Positions 29,700 through 39,331 of a DNA stretch of 64,000 bases are shown here, one piece after another. The position numbers were made by a program, and so were the translations under genes. Numbering within the stretch: the stretch's first letter is position 1; each line of letters starts with the position of its first letter. The notes below the pieces were generated by a model. It ran no database searches and was not told the origin of the DNA. It saw only the letters and a list, made by a program, of their open reading frames with translations. The stretch is taken from positions 1 to 64,000 of the forward strand of contig CAWDML010000010.1 in assembly GCA_963803435.1 (NCBI GenBank), in the 5' to 3' direction. The DNA is from an uncultured delta proteobacterium (GTDB taxonomy: Bacteria > Myxococcota > Kuafuiibacteriia > Kuafuiibacteriales > Kuafuiibacteriaceae).

Positions 29700-31142
29700 A
29701 TGCCGTCCGCTCCACTCCCCAGCCATCGACGGGTGAAACATCCTCCCCGACTCCGGAGCGACGTCGTCGCCGGGCCGCATCCGGACGACGCGTCGCGCTG
29801 GATGGTGGTCGTGACCGAGGACGGGAGCCAGTTCGAGCTGCCCGTGTACGGCTGGCGGATCGCGCAGGCGCTCGACGGGCGGAGCACGGTGGAGGAGATC
29901 GCGGCCCGGGCCAGCGAGCTCGCTGGCGCGGAGCTGGCGCCGGAGGCGGTGGCGCCGTTCGTGGTGCAGCTGGGGGAGCTCGGGCTGCTCGAGGTCGAGG
30001 GCGGGCCGGCGGTGCGGTCTCCGCGGCTCCCCAAAGACGGGGGCCCGCAATGGGTGGTGACCGACGAGCCGCAGGTCCGCCCCCAGCTGTGGGTCCACGA
30101 GGACGCGGGCTATCGCTGCGCCTGCGCAGGGACCTGCTGCGCCTCCGGGTACGTGGTGTCGCTGGACCGCGAGGAGGTCGAGCGCGTTCGCGGAGCCGCG
30201 CTCGAGGTGCTGGGCTCGGCGGAGGATCCGGTGTGTCTCCAGCCGCGGTCGTCCGGGCTGGCGTGGACCTGGGCGCTGGCGAACGATCCGCGCTGTCCGT
30301 TCCTCGACGCCGATCGACGGTGCCGGATCCATGACAGCGAGGCGCTGCCGAGCACGTGCTTCGTGTACCCGATGGCGTTCGTCCGGTCCGGTGATCGGAT
30401 CCACGCGAGCATCACGCATCGCTGCGTATGCGGTGCGCTCGATCGCGGTGATCTGCTCTCGTCCCAGCTGCCGCTGCTCGAGCGCAAGCTGGCGGCCACC
30501 AAACACGTGCCGGTGCTCCCCGATAGGACGCGGCTCGACGCGTACACGCAGCTCCCGACGGAGGAGGCGGTCGAGGCGCTGGTGTCCGCGACGGACGGTG
30601 CTCGCGATCCGTGGGAGATGCTGTCGGAGGCGATCGATGGGCTCCGGGCCGCGGCCGTCGAGGTGGACGTCGGCGGTGATCTGGAGACCTCGGCGCGGAT
30701 GCTGGAGCGGCTGGCCGCCCACGTGGATTCGGGGAGCGAGCTGACGCTGGCAGCCGCGCTCCTCGGCCGGCCGCATCCGAACCACGAGCTGATCGCGGAG
30801 AGCCTGGTGCGCTCGGGTCTGTACGCGCCCGGCGAGGATCCTCGGCGCGAGGCCGCCCGGTTTGTGCGCGACTATCTGTCGGGGCTCCGGATCTATCGCT
30901 TCACCACGCTGGCCGACGGCTTCCTGGCAGTCTCGCTGGCGCTGCGCGGGATCCTGGAGGGCGGGCCCGCCCACCCGCTCGCACGCGCGCGAATCATGCT
31001 GTGGGAGGACGCGTTGCTCTCACCCGTGATGCGGGCGCTCGTCGGCGCGGACGGACCGCTCGGCCGGGTGACGGCGTCGCTCGGCAACGTCGCCCGGCAG
31101 GTGGACGCCCTCAAAGGGGAAGATCCGCGAACAGCGCCTTGA
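29700..31142 (+). CDS. PqqD/RRE-like domain fused to YkgJ/FliB-like cysteine-cluster domain
   Basis: ALDGRSTVEEIA...FVVQLGELGLLE wHTH; CACAGTCC and CPFL....CRIH.....PSTCFVYP. Confidence 0.72.
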   Translation: MPSAPLPSHRRVKHPPRLRSDVVAGPHPDDASRWMVVVTEDGSQFELPVYGWRIAQALDGRSTVEEIAARASELAGAELAPEAVAPFVVQLGELGLLEVEGGPAVRSPRLPKDGGPQWVVTDEPQVRPQLWVHEDAGYRCACAGTCCASGYVVSLDREEVERVRGAALEVLGSAEDPVCLQPRSSGLAWTWALANDPRCPFLDADRRCRIHDSEALPSTCFVYPMAFVRSGDRIHASITHRCVCGALDRGDLLSSQLPLLERKLAATKHVPVLPDRTRLDAYTQLPTEEAVEALVSATDGARDPWEMLSEAIDGLRAAAVEVDVGGDLETSARMLERLAAHVDSGSELTLAAALLGRPHPNHELIAESLVRSGLYAPGEDPRREAARFVRDYLSGLRIYRFTTLADGFLAVSLALRGILEGGPAHPLARARIMLWEDALLSPVMRALVGADGPLGRVTASLGNVARQVDALKGEDPRTAP

Positions 31143-32277
31143 ACCGCGGGTCGTCCGCGAGCGGGCGGAACAGCGGTTCGTCCCGGAGCGTCTCCGGGCT
31201 CGTGTGCCCGTGGCGTCGCGCCTGCGCGAGACACTCGAGCGTTCGCTCCACCTCGCCCAGCTCCATGTAGACGCAGGCGGAGTTGTAGAAGATCGCCGGA
31301 TTCTCCGCCCCGAAGCGGAGGGCCGCAGCGAGAAAGCGCAGCGCCCGCGGGCGGTCGATCGGCAGCTTGTTGTTGTCCGCCATGATGGCGAAGAGCGCGT
31401 TGTTGTACGCGGTGCGATCGAGGTGCGGGGACTCGATCACCAGATCGAACGCGGCGATGGCCTCGAGCCAGAGGCCGGCCTCGATCGCCTCGAAGCCGAG
31501 ATACGCCAGCATGTCGGCGACCAAGCGATGTCGGTGCGCGCGCGTGGTCTCACGCTCGGCCTTCGGGAGCGACAGGACGGCGCGGGCGAGCTCGAGGGCG
31601 AGGCCTCCGGGGAGGTCCGCGTGGGACAGGAGCGAGTCGAGCGCGCCCAGAAGCGCGGTCCGGTGCTTCGGGTGGCGGAGGCACAGCTCGTCCTCGAGGT
31701 GCTCGAGCGCGTCCTCCTTGGCGTCGAGCTGCGCGATCAGCGCTCCCGCGTCGCCGGCGTCCAGCGCGGCGCGGATCCCGGCGCCGGGATCGACCAGCGC
31801 GCGGACGCGACGCGGGAGAAAGACGCCTCCATCGCGAAGCATGTCGAGGATGCCTCGCGCAGCGTGGGCTCGCGCGTCGTCGACGCCGCGCTCGAGGGCG
31901 CGCTCGATGATCGGGAGGAGACGATCCGTCTGGTGCACGCTCCACTCGTGCCACGGTGACAGCTTGGTTCCGCCTGCCGCCTCGTCCTCGTGTCGAACCG
32001 CGGCCACGATCGGCTGAGTTCGGTGCGCGTGGTGGAGCCACGTCTCGATGTCGGTGTTGAGGCCGGGCTCGCCGGTGTCTGGATAGCAGGCGTCGATCGC
32101 GTCCCGGGCCGACGCCCCGCTGGCGACCATCAGGTGCTCGCCGTCCCAGACGATCGAGTCGGCCAGCGGCGCCGGGAGGCCCGCCTCGATCGCGGCGCGG
32201 GCCGCCTCGCTGGGGGCCGAGCGGAAAAAGACGTGGATCTCCGCCCACTCGTCATAGGTGGCGTCCCCGGCTCCCAC
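31111..32277 (-). CDS. Hypothetical protein with C-terminal TPR (start uncertain)
   Basis: IFYNSACVYMELGEVERTLECLAQA...DEPLFRPLADDPRF. Confidence 0.7.
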   Translation of the reverse strand: MGAGDATYDEWAEIHVFFRSAPSEAARAAIEAGLPAPLADSIVWDGEHLMVASGASARDAIDACYPDTGEPGLNTDIETWLHHAHRTQPIVAAVRHEDEAAGGTKLSPWHEWSVHQTDRLLPIIERALERGVDDARAHAARGILDMLRDGGVFLPRRVRALVDPGAGIRAALDAGDAGALIAQLDAKEDALEHLEDELCLRHPKHRTALLGALDSLLSHADLPGGLALELARAVLSLPKAERETTRAHRHRLVADMLAYLGFEAIEAGLWLEAIAAFDLVIESPHLDRTAYNNALFAIMADNNKLPIDRPRALRFLAAALRFGAENPAIFYNSACVYMELGEVERTLECLAQARRHGHTSPETLRDEPLFRPLADDPRFKALFADLPL

Positions 32278-32474
32278 GAAGAGGAACGGCCATGGGTCAT
32301 CGAGAAAGATGCGGAAATGCTGTCCGATCCGAGCGCGGACCGCCAGCGCTCATTCGGTGAAGCCGATCAGGCGATCGGACCCTCATTGGGAACGGATGGG
32401 CGCGGATGGAGTACCCAGGTTCTCATGCCGTGGACGGATTGTGGTCGGACGCGGTGGCCTGCACTTTGCGTCGG

Positions 32475-33650
32475 GTGGACCGGTTGCGCCGAGCAGCGGT
32501 GATCGTGGTCTTGCTGGCCGGGTGTGGGCACGAAGAGCTGCCGGACGGCCCCCGATCGGATGCGGGCGAGGGTGACGCGCCCGCGTTCGACGCTTCCGAG
32601 CCCGACGCCGCGGTCGTCGCCGAGAAGGATGCAGGCCAGCTTGCGGACAGCGGCGAGCTCGGCTTGGACACCGGGATCGATCCGCCGATCGAGGAGGGAC
32701 CGACCGGGTTCATCGGTGCACCGTGCAAGGCCGATACGGACTGCACGTACGAGGGCGGCGTCTGTCTCACCGACGGCTTTCCGCGCGGGAGCTGCTCCCT
32801 CGCGTGCGATCGCTTCTGTCCCGACCGCGCCGGCAGCCCGACGACCTTCTGCGTCGCCACCTCCGAGCTCCCCAGCGCCGGCGATCTCTCGTCGGTCGGC
32901 GCGTGCGTCAGCCGGTGCGACTTCGGCGAGTTTCCGGAGGCCGGCTGTCGCCCCGACTACGGCTGCGTCGAGACCGGCCGCGTCAACGAGCCCGCGATCG
33001 AGGTGCCGGTCTGTCTCCCCGGTGCGACCCCCGACCTGGGGGACTGCCTCCAGGATCTGGCGGCTGCCGGCGTCGACTTCGAGCCGACCACCATCGCCGA
33101 CCAGGTCCCCGACGGCTACCCGAACCTGCGGTGTCACGTGGAGATGCCGGTGATCATCCACCCGCCGATCCACGGCATCGACCTGAAGTACTACGACGCC
33201 TCGCCCACCCCCAACATCCGCGCCGCCTGCAACATGGCGCTCGCGCTGTCGAAGTCGATCGACGACGTGGCCGCGCGCGGCGTGGTGGCGGTCCGGCACA
33301 TTGGAACGTACAACTGCCGGGTGATCGCCGGGACCGATCGGCTGTCTCGCCATGCGTACGGCGACGCGATCGACGTATACGGCTTCGAGCTCGCCGACGG
33401 TAGCCTGTACACGCTGGTCGATCACTGGGAGCACGACACCACCTCGCCGGTGACGCCAGCCGGGATGTTTCTCTATGACACCGCGCACCGCTGGCACGAT
33501 CAGCGACTGTGGACGATCATCCTGACGCCGAACTACAACGCCGCGCACGACAACCACATCCACGTGGACCTCACGCCCGGCTCGGATTTCATCGGTTTGC
33601 TGCCGCTCGACGATTTCGGGTACCTTGGCCCAGCGCCCTACGACGACTGA
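32475..33650 (+). CDS. Cys-rich lipoprotein with C-terminal extensin-like domain
   Basis: Lipobox LAGC; Cys-rich repeats; HIGTYNCR, SRHAYGDAIDV, LTPNYNAAHDNHIHVD. Confidence 0.85.
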   Translation: MDRLRRAAVIVVLLAGCGHEELPDGPRSDAGEGDAPAFDASEPDAAVVAEKDAGQLADSGELGLDTGIDPPIEEGPTGFIGAPCKADTDCTYEGGVCLTDGFPRGSCSLACDRFCPDRAGSPTTFCVATSELPSAGDLSSVGACVSRCDFGEFPEAGCRPDYGCVETGRVNEPAIEVPVCLPGATPDLGDCLQDLAAAGVDFEPTTIADQVPDGYPNLRCHVEMPVIIHPPIHGIDLKYYDASPTPNIRAACNMALALSKSIDDVAARGVVAVRHIGTYNCRVIAGTDRLSRHAYGDAIDVYGFELADGSLYTLVDHWEHDTTSPVTPAGMFLYDTAHRWHDQRLWTIILTPNYNAAHDNHIHVDLTPGSDFIGLLPLDDFGYLGPAPYDD

Positions 33651-33730
33651 CCCGACCGCGGTGGGGCGCGACGGCGCGCTCACAGTTGCAGTGGACCCGG
33701 GCAGTCCCGAGTGGATACACAACACCGGTC

Positions 33731-36700
33731 GTGGTCCAACGTGACGCTACCCTTGCCGGTCGCCTCTTCGGCAGCGGCGAGTGCGGGGCCTCGATGCGCG
33801 AGATCGATTGGGCGGGAACGCCCCTCGGACCGATCTCCCAATGGCCGCAGAGCCTTCGCACCACCCTCAGCATGGTCAGCGAGTCCAAGTTCGGGATGTA
33901 CGTCGCGTGGGGGCCGGACTACATCCAGTTCTACAACGACGGCTACCGTCCGATCCTCGGCTCGACCAAACATCCGGCGTTTGGCAGGAGCAGCCGCGAG
34001 ACGTTCAAGGAGAGCTGGCACATCATCGGACCGCTCTTCGAGCAGGTGCGTCGCGGCGAGGCGGTCGGGTCGGAAGATTGGATGCTGCCGCTCGATCGGA
34101 ACGGCTATCTCGAAGAGTGCTTCTTCACTTTCTCGTACAGCCCGATCCGCGACGAGAGCGGTGGCGTCGGCGGGGTCCTCGTCACGGTGGCCGAGACGAC
34201 CCCTCACGTCTTGAGCGGGCGGCGGATGAGCGTCCTCCGCGAGCTGGCGGCGCGCGCTGCGGAGGCGAAGACGGCGGAGCAGGCGTGGTCGGACGCGTCC
34301 GTCGTGCTGGCGGGGAGCGCCGCCGATCTGCCGTTCGTGGCGCTCTACGAGCTCGACCCCGAGGGATCCCGGGCCGACCGGGTCGGCCTGTGTCACCTGC
34401 CGTCGGACACCGCGCTCGCGCCGGAGACGTTCCGGCTCGACGACGGCGAAGGACCGCTCGCGATCGTCGGCGAGGCGGTGAGGACCCGCGCCGTTCGCGT
34501 GATCGACGGGGTCAGGGCGACGTTCGGCGAGCTGTTCGGCTCGCTGTGGCCCGAGCCCGTGGATCGCGTCGTGGTGCTGCCGATCAGCCGTCCCAGCGTC
34601 GCGAGGCCCTACGGTGCGCTGCTGGTCGGCGTGAGCCCGCGCCGAGCGCTCGACGATCAGTACCGGCTGTTCCTCGATCTGATCGCGGAGCACGTGGCCA
34701 CCGGTGTCGGGAATGCGCGCGCCCACCAAGAGGAGCGCAGGCGGACCGAGGCGCTCGCCGAGCTCGATCGCGCGAAGACCACGTTCTTCAGCAACGTCAG
34801 TCACGAGCTCCGGACGCCCTTGAGCCTGATGCTGGGGCCGCTCGAGGAGCTGTGCTCGGGCCGGAGTGGTGCGCTCTCGGCGGAGCAGCGCGCGGAGCTC
34901 GGCCTCATCCATCGCAACGGTCTGCGCCTGCTCAAGCTGGTCAACAACCTGCTCGACTTCGCCCGCATCGAGGCCGGTCGCGCCGACGCAGTGTTCGAGC
35001 CTTGCGAGCTCGCCTCCGCCACGGCCGAGATCGCGAGCGTGTTCAGGTCCGCCATCGAACGCGCCGGCCTCTCGTTCACCGTGGAGTGCCCTCTGCTGGA
35101 GGCGCCGGTCTTCGTCGACCGCGACATGTGGGAGAAGATCGTGCTCAACCTGCTGTCGAACGCGCTCAAGTTCACGTTCGAGGGCGGGATCTCCGTCCGC
35201 CTCACCGACCGTGAGGGCGGCGTCGTGCTCCAGGTCTCCGACACCGGCGCAGGCGTGCCGGCGATCGAGCTCCCGAACCTGTTCACCCGCTTCCACCGGA
35301 TCGTCGGAACGCCGTCGCGGAGCCACGAGGGGAGCGGCATCGGGCTGGCGCTGGTCGCCGAGCTGGTGCGGATCCACGGCGGAACCATCGCGGTGGACAG
35401 CCCTGAGGGCGCCGGGACGACGTTCACCGTGACCTTGCGCCGGGGCAGCGAGCATCTCCCCAAGGCGCACGTACGCGAGGCGGGCGGAAAGGCACCCTCC
35501 GTCTCGAGAGGGCGTCTGTTCGTCGACGAGGCGCGGCGCTGGTTACCGGATGCGGAGACGCCCAGCCAGGACGTCGTGCCCGCCGCGCAGAGATCGTCGG
35601 AGCGGATCATGGTGGTCGACGACAACGCCGACATGCGCAGCTATCTGACCCGGCTCCTCTCGCCGCGATGGGAGGTGGAGGCGGTCCCGGACGGCTTCGC
35701 GGCCCTCGAGAGCGCCCGCGTCCGGCCTCCCGATCTGATCCTGACAGACGTGATGATGCCGCGGATCGACGGCTATCATCTGCTGAGGGCCCTGCGCGCC
35801 GACCCGGTGACGCGTGCGATCCCGGCGATCGTCCTGTCGGCGCGCACGGGCGACGAGTCGCAGATCGAGGCGCTCGACGTGGGCGCGTACGATTACCTGA
35901 CCAAGCCGTTCAGCTCGCGCGAGCTGATCGCGCGGGTGAGCGCCCAGCTCGAGCTGAGCCGCATGCATCGGGCCGTGGACGGACGCCGCGCCGAGCTTTA
36001 CCAGCTGTTCATGCAGGCGCCGGCCCCCATCTGCGTGCTCAGGGGAGAGTCGCTGATCTTCGAGATGGCCAACCCTCTCTACGAGCGTATGGTTCAGCGG
36101 AGCGCGCTGGTCGGGATGACGCTGGCGGAGGCGCTCCCCACCGCCTGCGAGCAGGGCTTCGACGCGCTCCTGCGCCGGGTCATGGCCACCGGAGAGCCGG
36201 CTTACGGCGAGGAGAAGCTGCTGCACGTCGATCGTCGCGGAGAGGGTGTCGTCGAGGACACGTACTTCAACTTCGTGTACGCGCCGCTCCGGAGCGAGGG
36301 AGGCGCGAGCGATCGGGCGATGGTGTTCTGCATCGACGTCACCGACCAGGTGATGGCCCGGCGGCAGGCTGAGGCTGCCAGCCGCGCCAAGGACGAGTTT
36401 CTGGCGATGCTGGGGCACGAGCTCAGAAATCCGCTGTCACCGATCGTCACGGCCGTCGCGCTGATGAAGCAGCGCGACCCCGACATCCACTTTCGCGAGC
36501 GAATGGTGATCGAGCGCCAGACTCAGCACATGATCCGTCTGGTCGACGATCTCCTGGACGTCTCGCGGATCACGCGCGGAAAGATCCAGCTCCACAAGCA
36601 GCAGCTCGAGCTTTACGACGTGGTCGCAAGCGCGATCGAGACCGTGAGCCCGCTCCTGGAGGAGCGACGCCATCAGCTCGAGCTCGACGTACCGCGCACC

Positions 36701-37465
36701 GGACTGCGGGTCTTCGGCGATCCGATCCGGCTCGCGCAGATCGTCGCCAACCTAGTGACCAACGCCGCCAAGTACACGAGCCCGGGCGGCCGGATCGAGG
36801 TCCGCGCATCCGCGCAGGACGGTGAGGCCGAGCTCCGCGTGCGCGACAACGGGGTCGGGATCGCGTCCCACCTGCTACCCAAGGTGTTCGATCTGTTCGT
36901 CCAGGGTGACGACCGACCCAGCCATGGGATCGGCGGTCTCGGTCTCGGGCTGGCGCTGGTGCGAAGCTTGACCAACCTCCACGGCGGAACCGTGACCGCG
37001 TACAGCGAGGGACCTGGCCACGGAAGCGAGATGGTGGTGCGGATGCCGTTGATCGCGCGCGCCCACAAGGTCGGCCGCGTGTACGCATCCCCCAGCGTCG
37101 GCAAGTCCAGGACCCGGCACCGGGTGCTGGTGGTCGACGATAACCAGGACGCAGCCCAGCTCCTGGCAGAGGCGCTCCGCGCGCTGGGACACGAGGCGCT
37201 GGTCGCGTTCGACGGTCCCTCGGCGATCTCGAGCGCGGAGGCGTTTCAGCCCGAGGTGGTCCTGCTCGACATCGGTCTTCCGCTGATGGACGGGTACGAA
37301 GTGGCGCGCCGGCTGCGCGAGCTCCATCCAGATCGTGGCCTTCGTCTGATCGCGGTTACCGGCTACGGATCCCTGCGCGATCAGCAGCGCGCCGCCGCCG
37401 CGGGGTTCGACCGGCACATGATCAAGCCGATCGATCTCGAGGAGCTGACCTCGGCGCTCGATTGA
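33731..37465 (+). CDS. Hybrid sensor histidine kinase (PAS-like, GAF, HK, REC, PAS, HK, REC)
   Basis: SNVSHELRTPL and LGHELRNPL H-boxes, two HATPase domains, receivers LTDVMMP and LLDIGLP. Confidence 0.94.
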   Translation: MVQRDATLAGRLFGSGECGASMREIDWAGTPLGPISQWPQSLRTTLSMVSESKFGMYVAWGPDYIQFYNDGYRPILGSTKHPAFGRSSRETFKESWHIIGPLFEQVRRGEAVGSEDWMLPLDRNGYLEECFFTFSYSPIRDESGGVGGVLVTVAETTPHVLSGRRMSVLRELAARAAEAKTAEQAWSDASVVLAGSAADLPFVALYELDPEGSRADRVGLCHLPSDTALAPETFRLDDGEGPLAIVGEAVRTRAVRVIDGVRATFGELFGSLWPEPVDRVVVLPISRPSVARPYGALLVGVSPRRALDDQYRLFLDLIAEHVATGVGNARAHQEERRRTEALAELDRAKTTFFSNVSHELRTPLSLMLGPLEELCSGRSGALSAEQRAELGLIHRNGLRLLKLVNNLLDFARIEAGRADAVFEPCELASATAEIASVFRSAIERAGLSFTVECPLLEAPVFVDRDMWEKIVLNLLSNALKFTFEGGISVRLTDREGGVVLQVSDTGAGVPAIELPNLFTRFHRIVGTPSRSHEGSGIGLALVAELVRIHGGTIAVDSPEGAGTTFTVTLRRGSEHLPKAHVREAGGKAPSVSRGRLFVDEARRWLPDAETPSQDVVPAAQRSSERIMVVDDNADMRSYLTRLLSPRWEVEAVPDGFAALESARVRPPDLILTDVMMPRIDGYHLLRALRADPVTRAIPAIVLSARTGDESQIEALDVGAYDYLTKPFSSRELIARVSAQLELSRMHRAVDGRRAELYQLFMQAPAPICVLRGESLIFEMANPLYERMVQRSALVGMTLAEALPTACEQGFDALLRRVMATGEPAYGEEKLLHVDRRGEGVVEDTYFNFVYAPLRSEGGASDRAMVFCIDVTDQVMARRQAEAASRAKDEFLAMLGHELRNPLSPIVTAVALMKQRDPDIHFRERMVIERQTQHMIRLVDDLLDVSRITRGKIQLHKQQLELYDVVASAIETVSPLLEERRHQLELDVPRTGLRVFGDPIRLAQIVANLVTNAAKYTSPGGRIEVRASAQDGEAELRVRDNGVGIASHLLPKVFDLFVQGDDRPSHGIGGLGLGLALVRSLTNLHGGTVTAYSEGPGHGSEMVVRMPLIARAHKVGRVYASPSVGKSRTRHRVLVVDDNQDAAQLLAEALRALGHEALVAFDGPSAISSAEAFQPEVVLLDIGLPLMDGYEVARRLRELHPDRGLRLIAVTGYGSLRDQQRAAAAGFDRHMIKPIDLEELTSALD

Positions 37466-37478
37466 ACAAGTCCAGCCG

Positions 37479-39218
37479 CTAGAGCTCGTAGCTCCGCAGC
37501 TCCGCCACGATGTCCTCCGGCACGCCCGGGATCCGGAGGAGGCTGCTCACCAGCGGATGCTCGACGCACCAGTAACCTTGGCCGGGACGGCGGTCGAGCA
37601 GGTCGAGGAAGCGATCGATCACCATCGGTCCGTGCTCGGGCTCGTCCCGCGCGAGCTCGGTGAGCGCGATGATCGCGGCCGAGGAGGTCCAGTCGATCGG
37701 GCCCAGGAGGAGCGACATCAGCGCGTGGCGGCGGACCGAGTCCTCCCAGCCCTCGTCGATGTAGAGGAGCACCAGCGCGGCCGCGACCTGGACGCGGAAC
37801 ATCCATACCCATTCGGTCGAGTGCTCCGGGCGCGCCGGTGGATGGAGCATCGCACCCAGCACCGACTCGACCTGGGTGAAGCCGATGGCCCGGCCGACGC
37901 GCCGCGCGCGCGCCTTCCAGTCCTCGATGGAGAACCTCGACAGCGCGATCTCGGCGAGCTGGGCGCCCACCTCTGGATCCGGCGGCCCCATCGCAGGGGA
38001 GGGCGTCACGCCGTCGTAGCGCCAGAGCCGGTAGGTCACCTCGCCCCAGGGATCGCGCGGATCGGGGTCGGGGATCGCGAGCGCTTGGACGACCAGGTGG
38101 AAGCCGGTGACGCGGCGGAGCAGGCGCTGCGTCGACAGGTGCGCGCTGGGCGCCTCCAGGCAGGAGGTCTCCATCTCGACGGAGGTGCCGGTCTCGGAGC
38201 GCTCGCCGGAGAACTGATCGATGACGCGGGAGGCGGCGTTGACCGAGGCCTCCGCCGGCTCGGGGAGGAAGCCCACGTACGGTGTGCCCGCGTCGAGAAG
38301 CTGGCGAGCGCGATCGTTGTCCGGCGAGGCCTCCGTGAGGGCCTCGAGCTCGTCGCGCCAGGTGGGGTCGCCGTCGTGGAGCCACTTCAGGTAGAGCTTC
38401 GACGCGAGCGCCCACGGGTGATTGGCCTCGATCTCGAGCGCCTCCTCGTACGCGACCAGGGCGGCGGCGGTCTCGCCCAGATCGAGGGAGAGGTCGCCGA
38501 TGTCGAGGCGTGCCGCGATGTCCTCGGGCTCGAACTGGAGCGCCCGGCGGAAGGCGTTGATCGCCTCCTCGATGTCGCCGCGCTCGCGATGGGCGCCGGC
38601 CAGCGCGACGCTGACCAGATAGCTGGGGGCGGCCTGGTCGAGCTCGCTTGCCACCTCGAGCGACAGGTCGAGATTTCCGGCGCGGCGGGCCGCGATCGAG
38701 TGCACGAACCCGAGCCGCTGCGCCAGCCGGTGGTGCTCGCGCACGCGTCCGATGCGCTTGACCACCTCGGGCAAGGCAGCCTGCGCGAAGCGAGGATCCT
38801 CCTTCGGCTGATCGAGGCTATCGATGCACTTCTGACAGGAGATGGCGAACATCTCCGGGTCGACGCTCTCGATCACCCCGTCGCGCTCGAACCAGCGATC
38901 GACCCACTCGAGATAGGGGACGTCGGGCTTGGCGCCGACCACCTGCATGACCAGATCGATCGCGTCCTCGTACTCGCCGCGCTGCGCGTGGATGTAAGCT
39001 CGGAGGGCTACGGTGCCGTAGAAGGCGCCGTCCTCGGTGGGGGCGAGCGCGAGCGGATCGTCGGTCTGTCGGATGAGCTCGTCGATCAACTCCAGATACG
39101 GCGGTCCGAGGGGGTCGATCGCGATCGCGCAGGCCACGTGGTGGGCGGCGTGGTGAAGGTCGCCGGACGCCAGCGCTCGCCTCGCGAGCTCGAGATCCTG
39201 CGCGGGCGTCGGAAACAC
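37479..39218 (-). CDS. Tetratricopeptide-repeat protein
   Basis: TPR units such as LAGAHRERGDIEEAINAFRRALQFEP; start estimated. Confidence 0.8.
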   Translation of the reverse strand: MFPTPAQDLELARRALASGDLHHAAHHVACAIAIDPLGPPYLELIDELIRQTDDPLALAPTEDGAFYGTVALRAYIHAQRGEYEDAIDLVMQVVGAKPDVPYLEWVDRWFERDGVIESVDPEMFAISCQKCIDSLDQPKEDPRFAQAALPEVVKRIGRVREHHRLAQRLGFVHSIAARRAGNLDLSLEVASELDQAAPSYLVSVALAGAHRERGDIEEAINAFRRALQFEPEDIAARLDIGDLSLDLGETAAALVAYEEALEIEANHPWALASKLYLKWLHDGDPTWRDELEALTEASPDNDRARQLLDAGTPYVGFLPEPAEASVNAASRVIDQFSGERSETGTSVEMETSCLEAPSAHLSTQRLLRRVTGFHLVVQALAIPDPDPRDPWGEVTYRLWRYDGVTPSPAMGPPDPEVGAQLAEIALSRFSIEDWKARARRVGRAIGFTQVESVLGAMLHPPARPEHSTEWVWMFRVQVAAALVLLYIDEGWEDSVRRHALMSLLLGPIDWTSSAAIIALTELARDEPEHGPMVIDRFLDLLDRRPGQGYWCVEHPLVSSLLRIPGVPEDIVAELRSYEL

Positions 39219-39331
39219 GAGCCGGAGTCTAAACCCTTCGGAACCTAGTTCGCCATTCGAGCGAGTCTTCGCGAAGGGCTCCGATATTCGACGCATTCCC
39301 CGGATCCTCGGATTGTTTGAGGGTGACGTCG

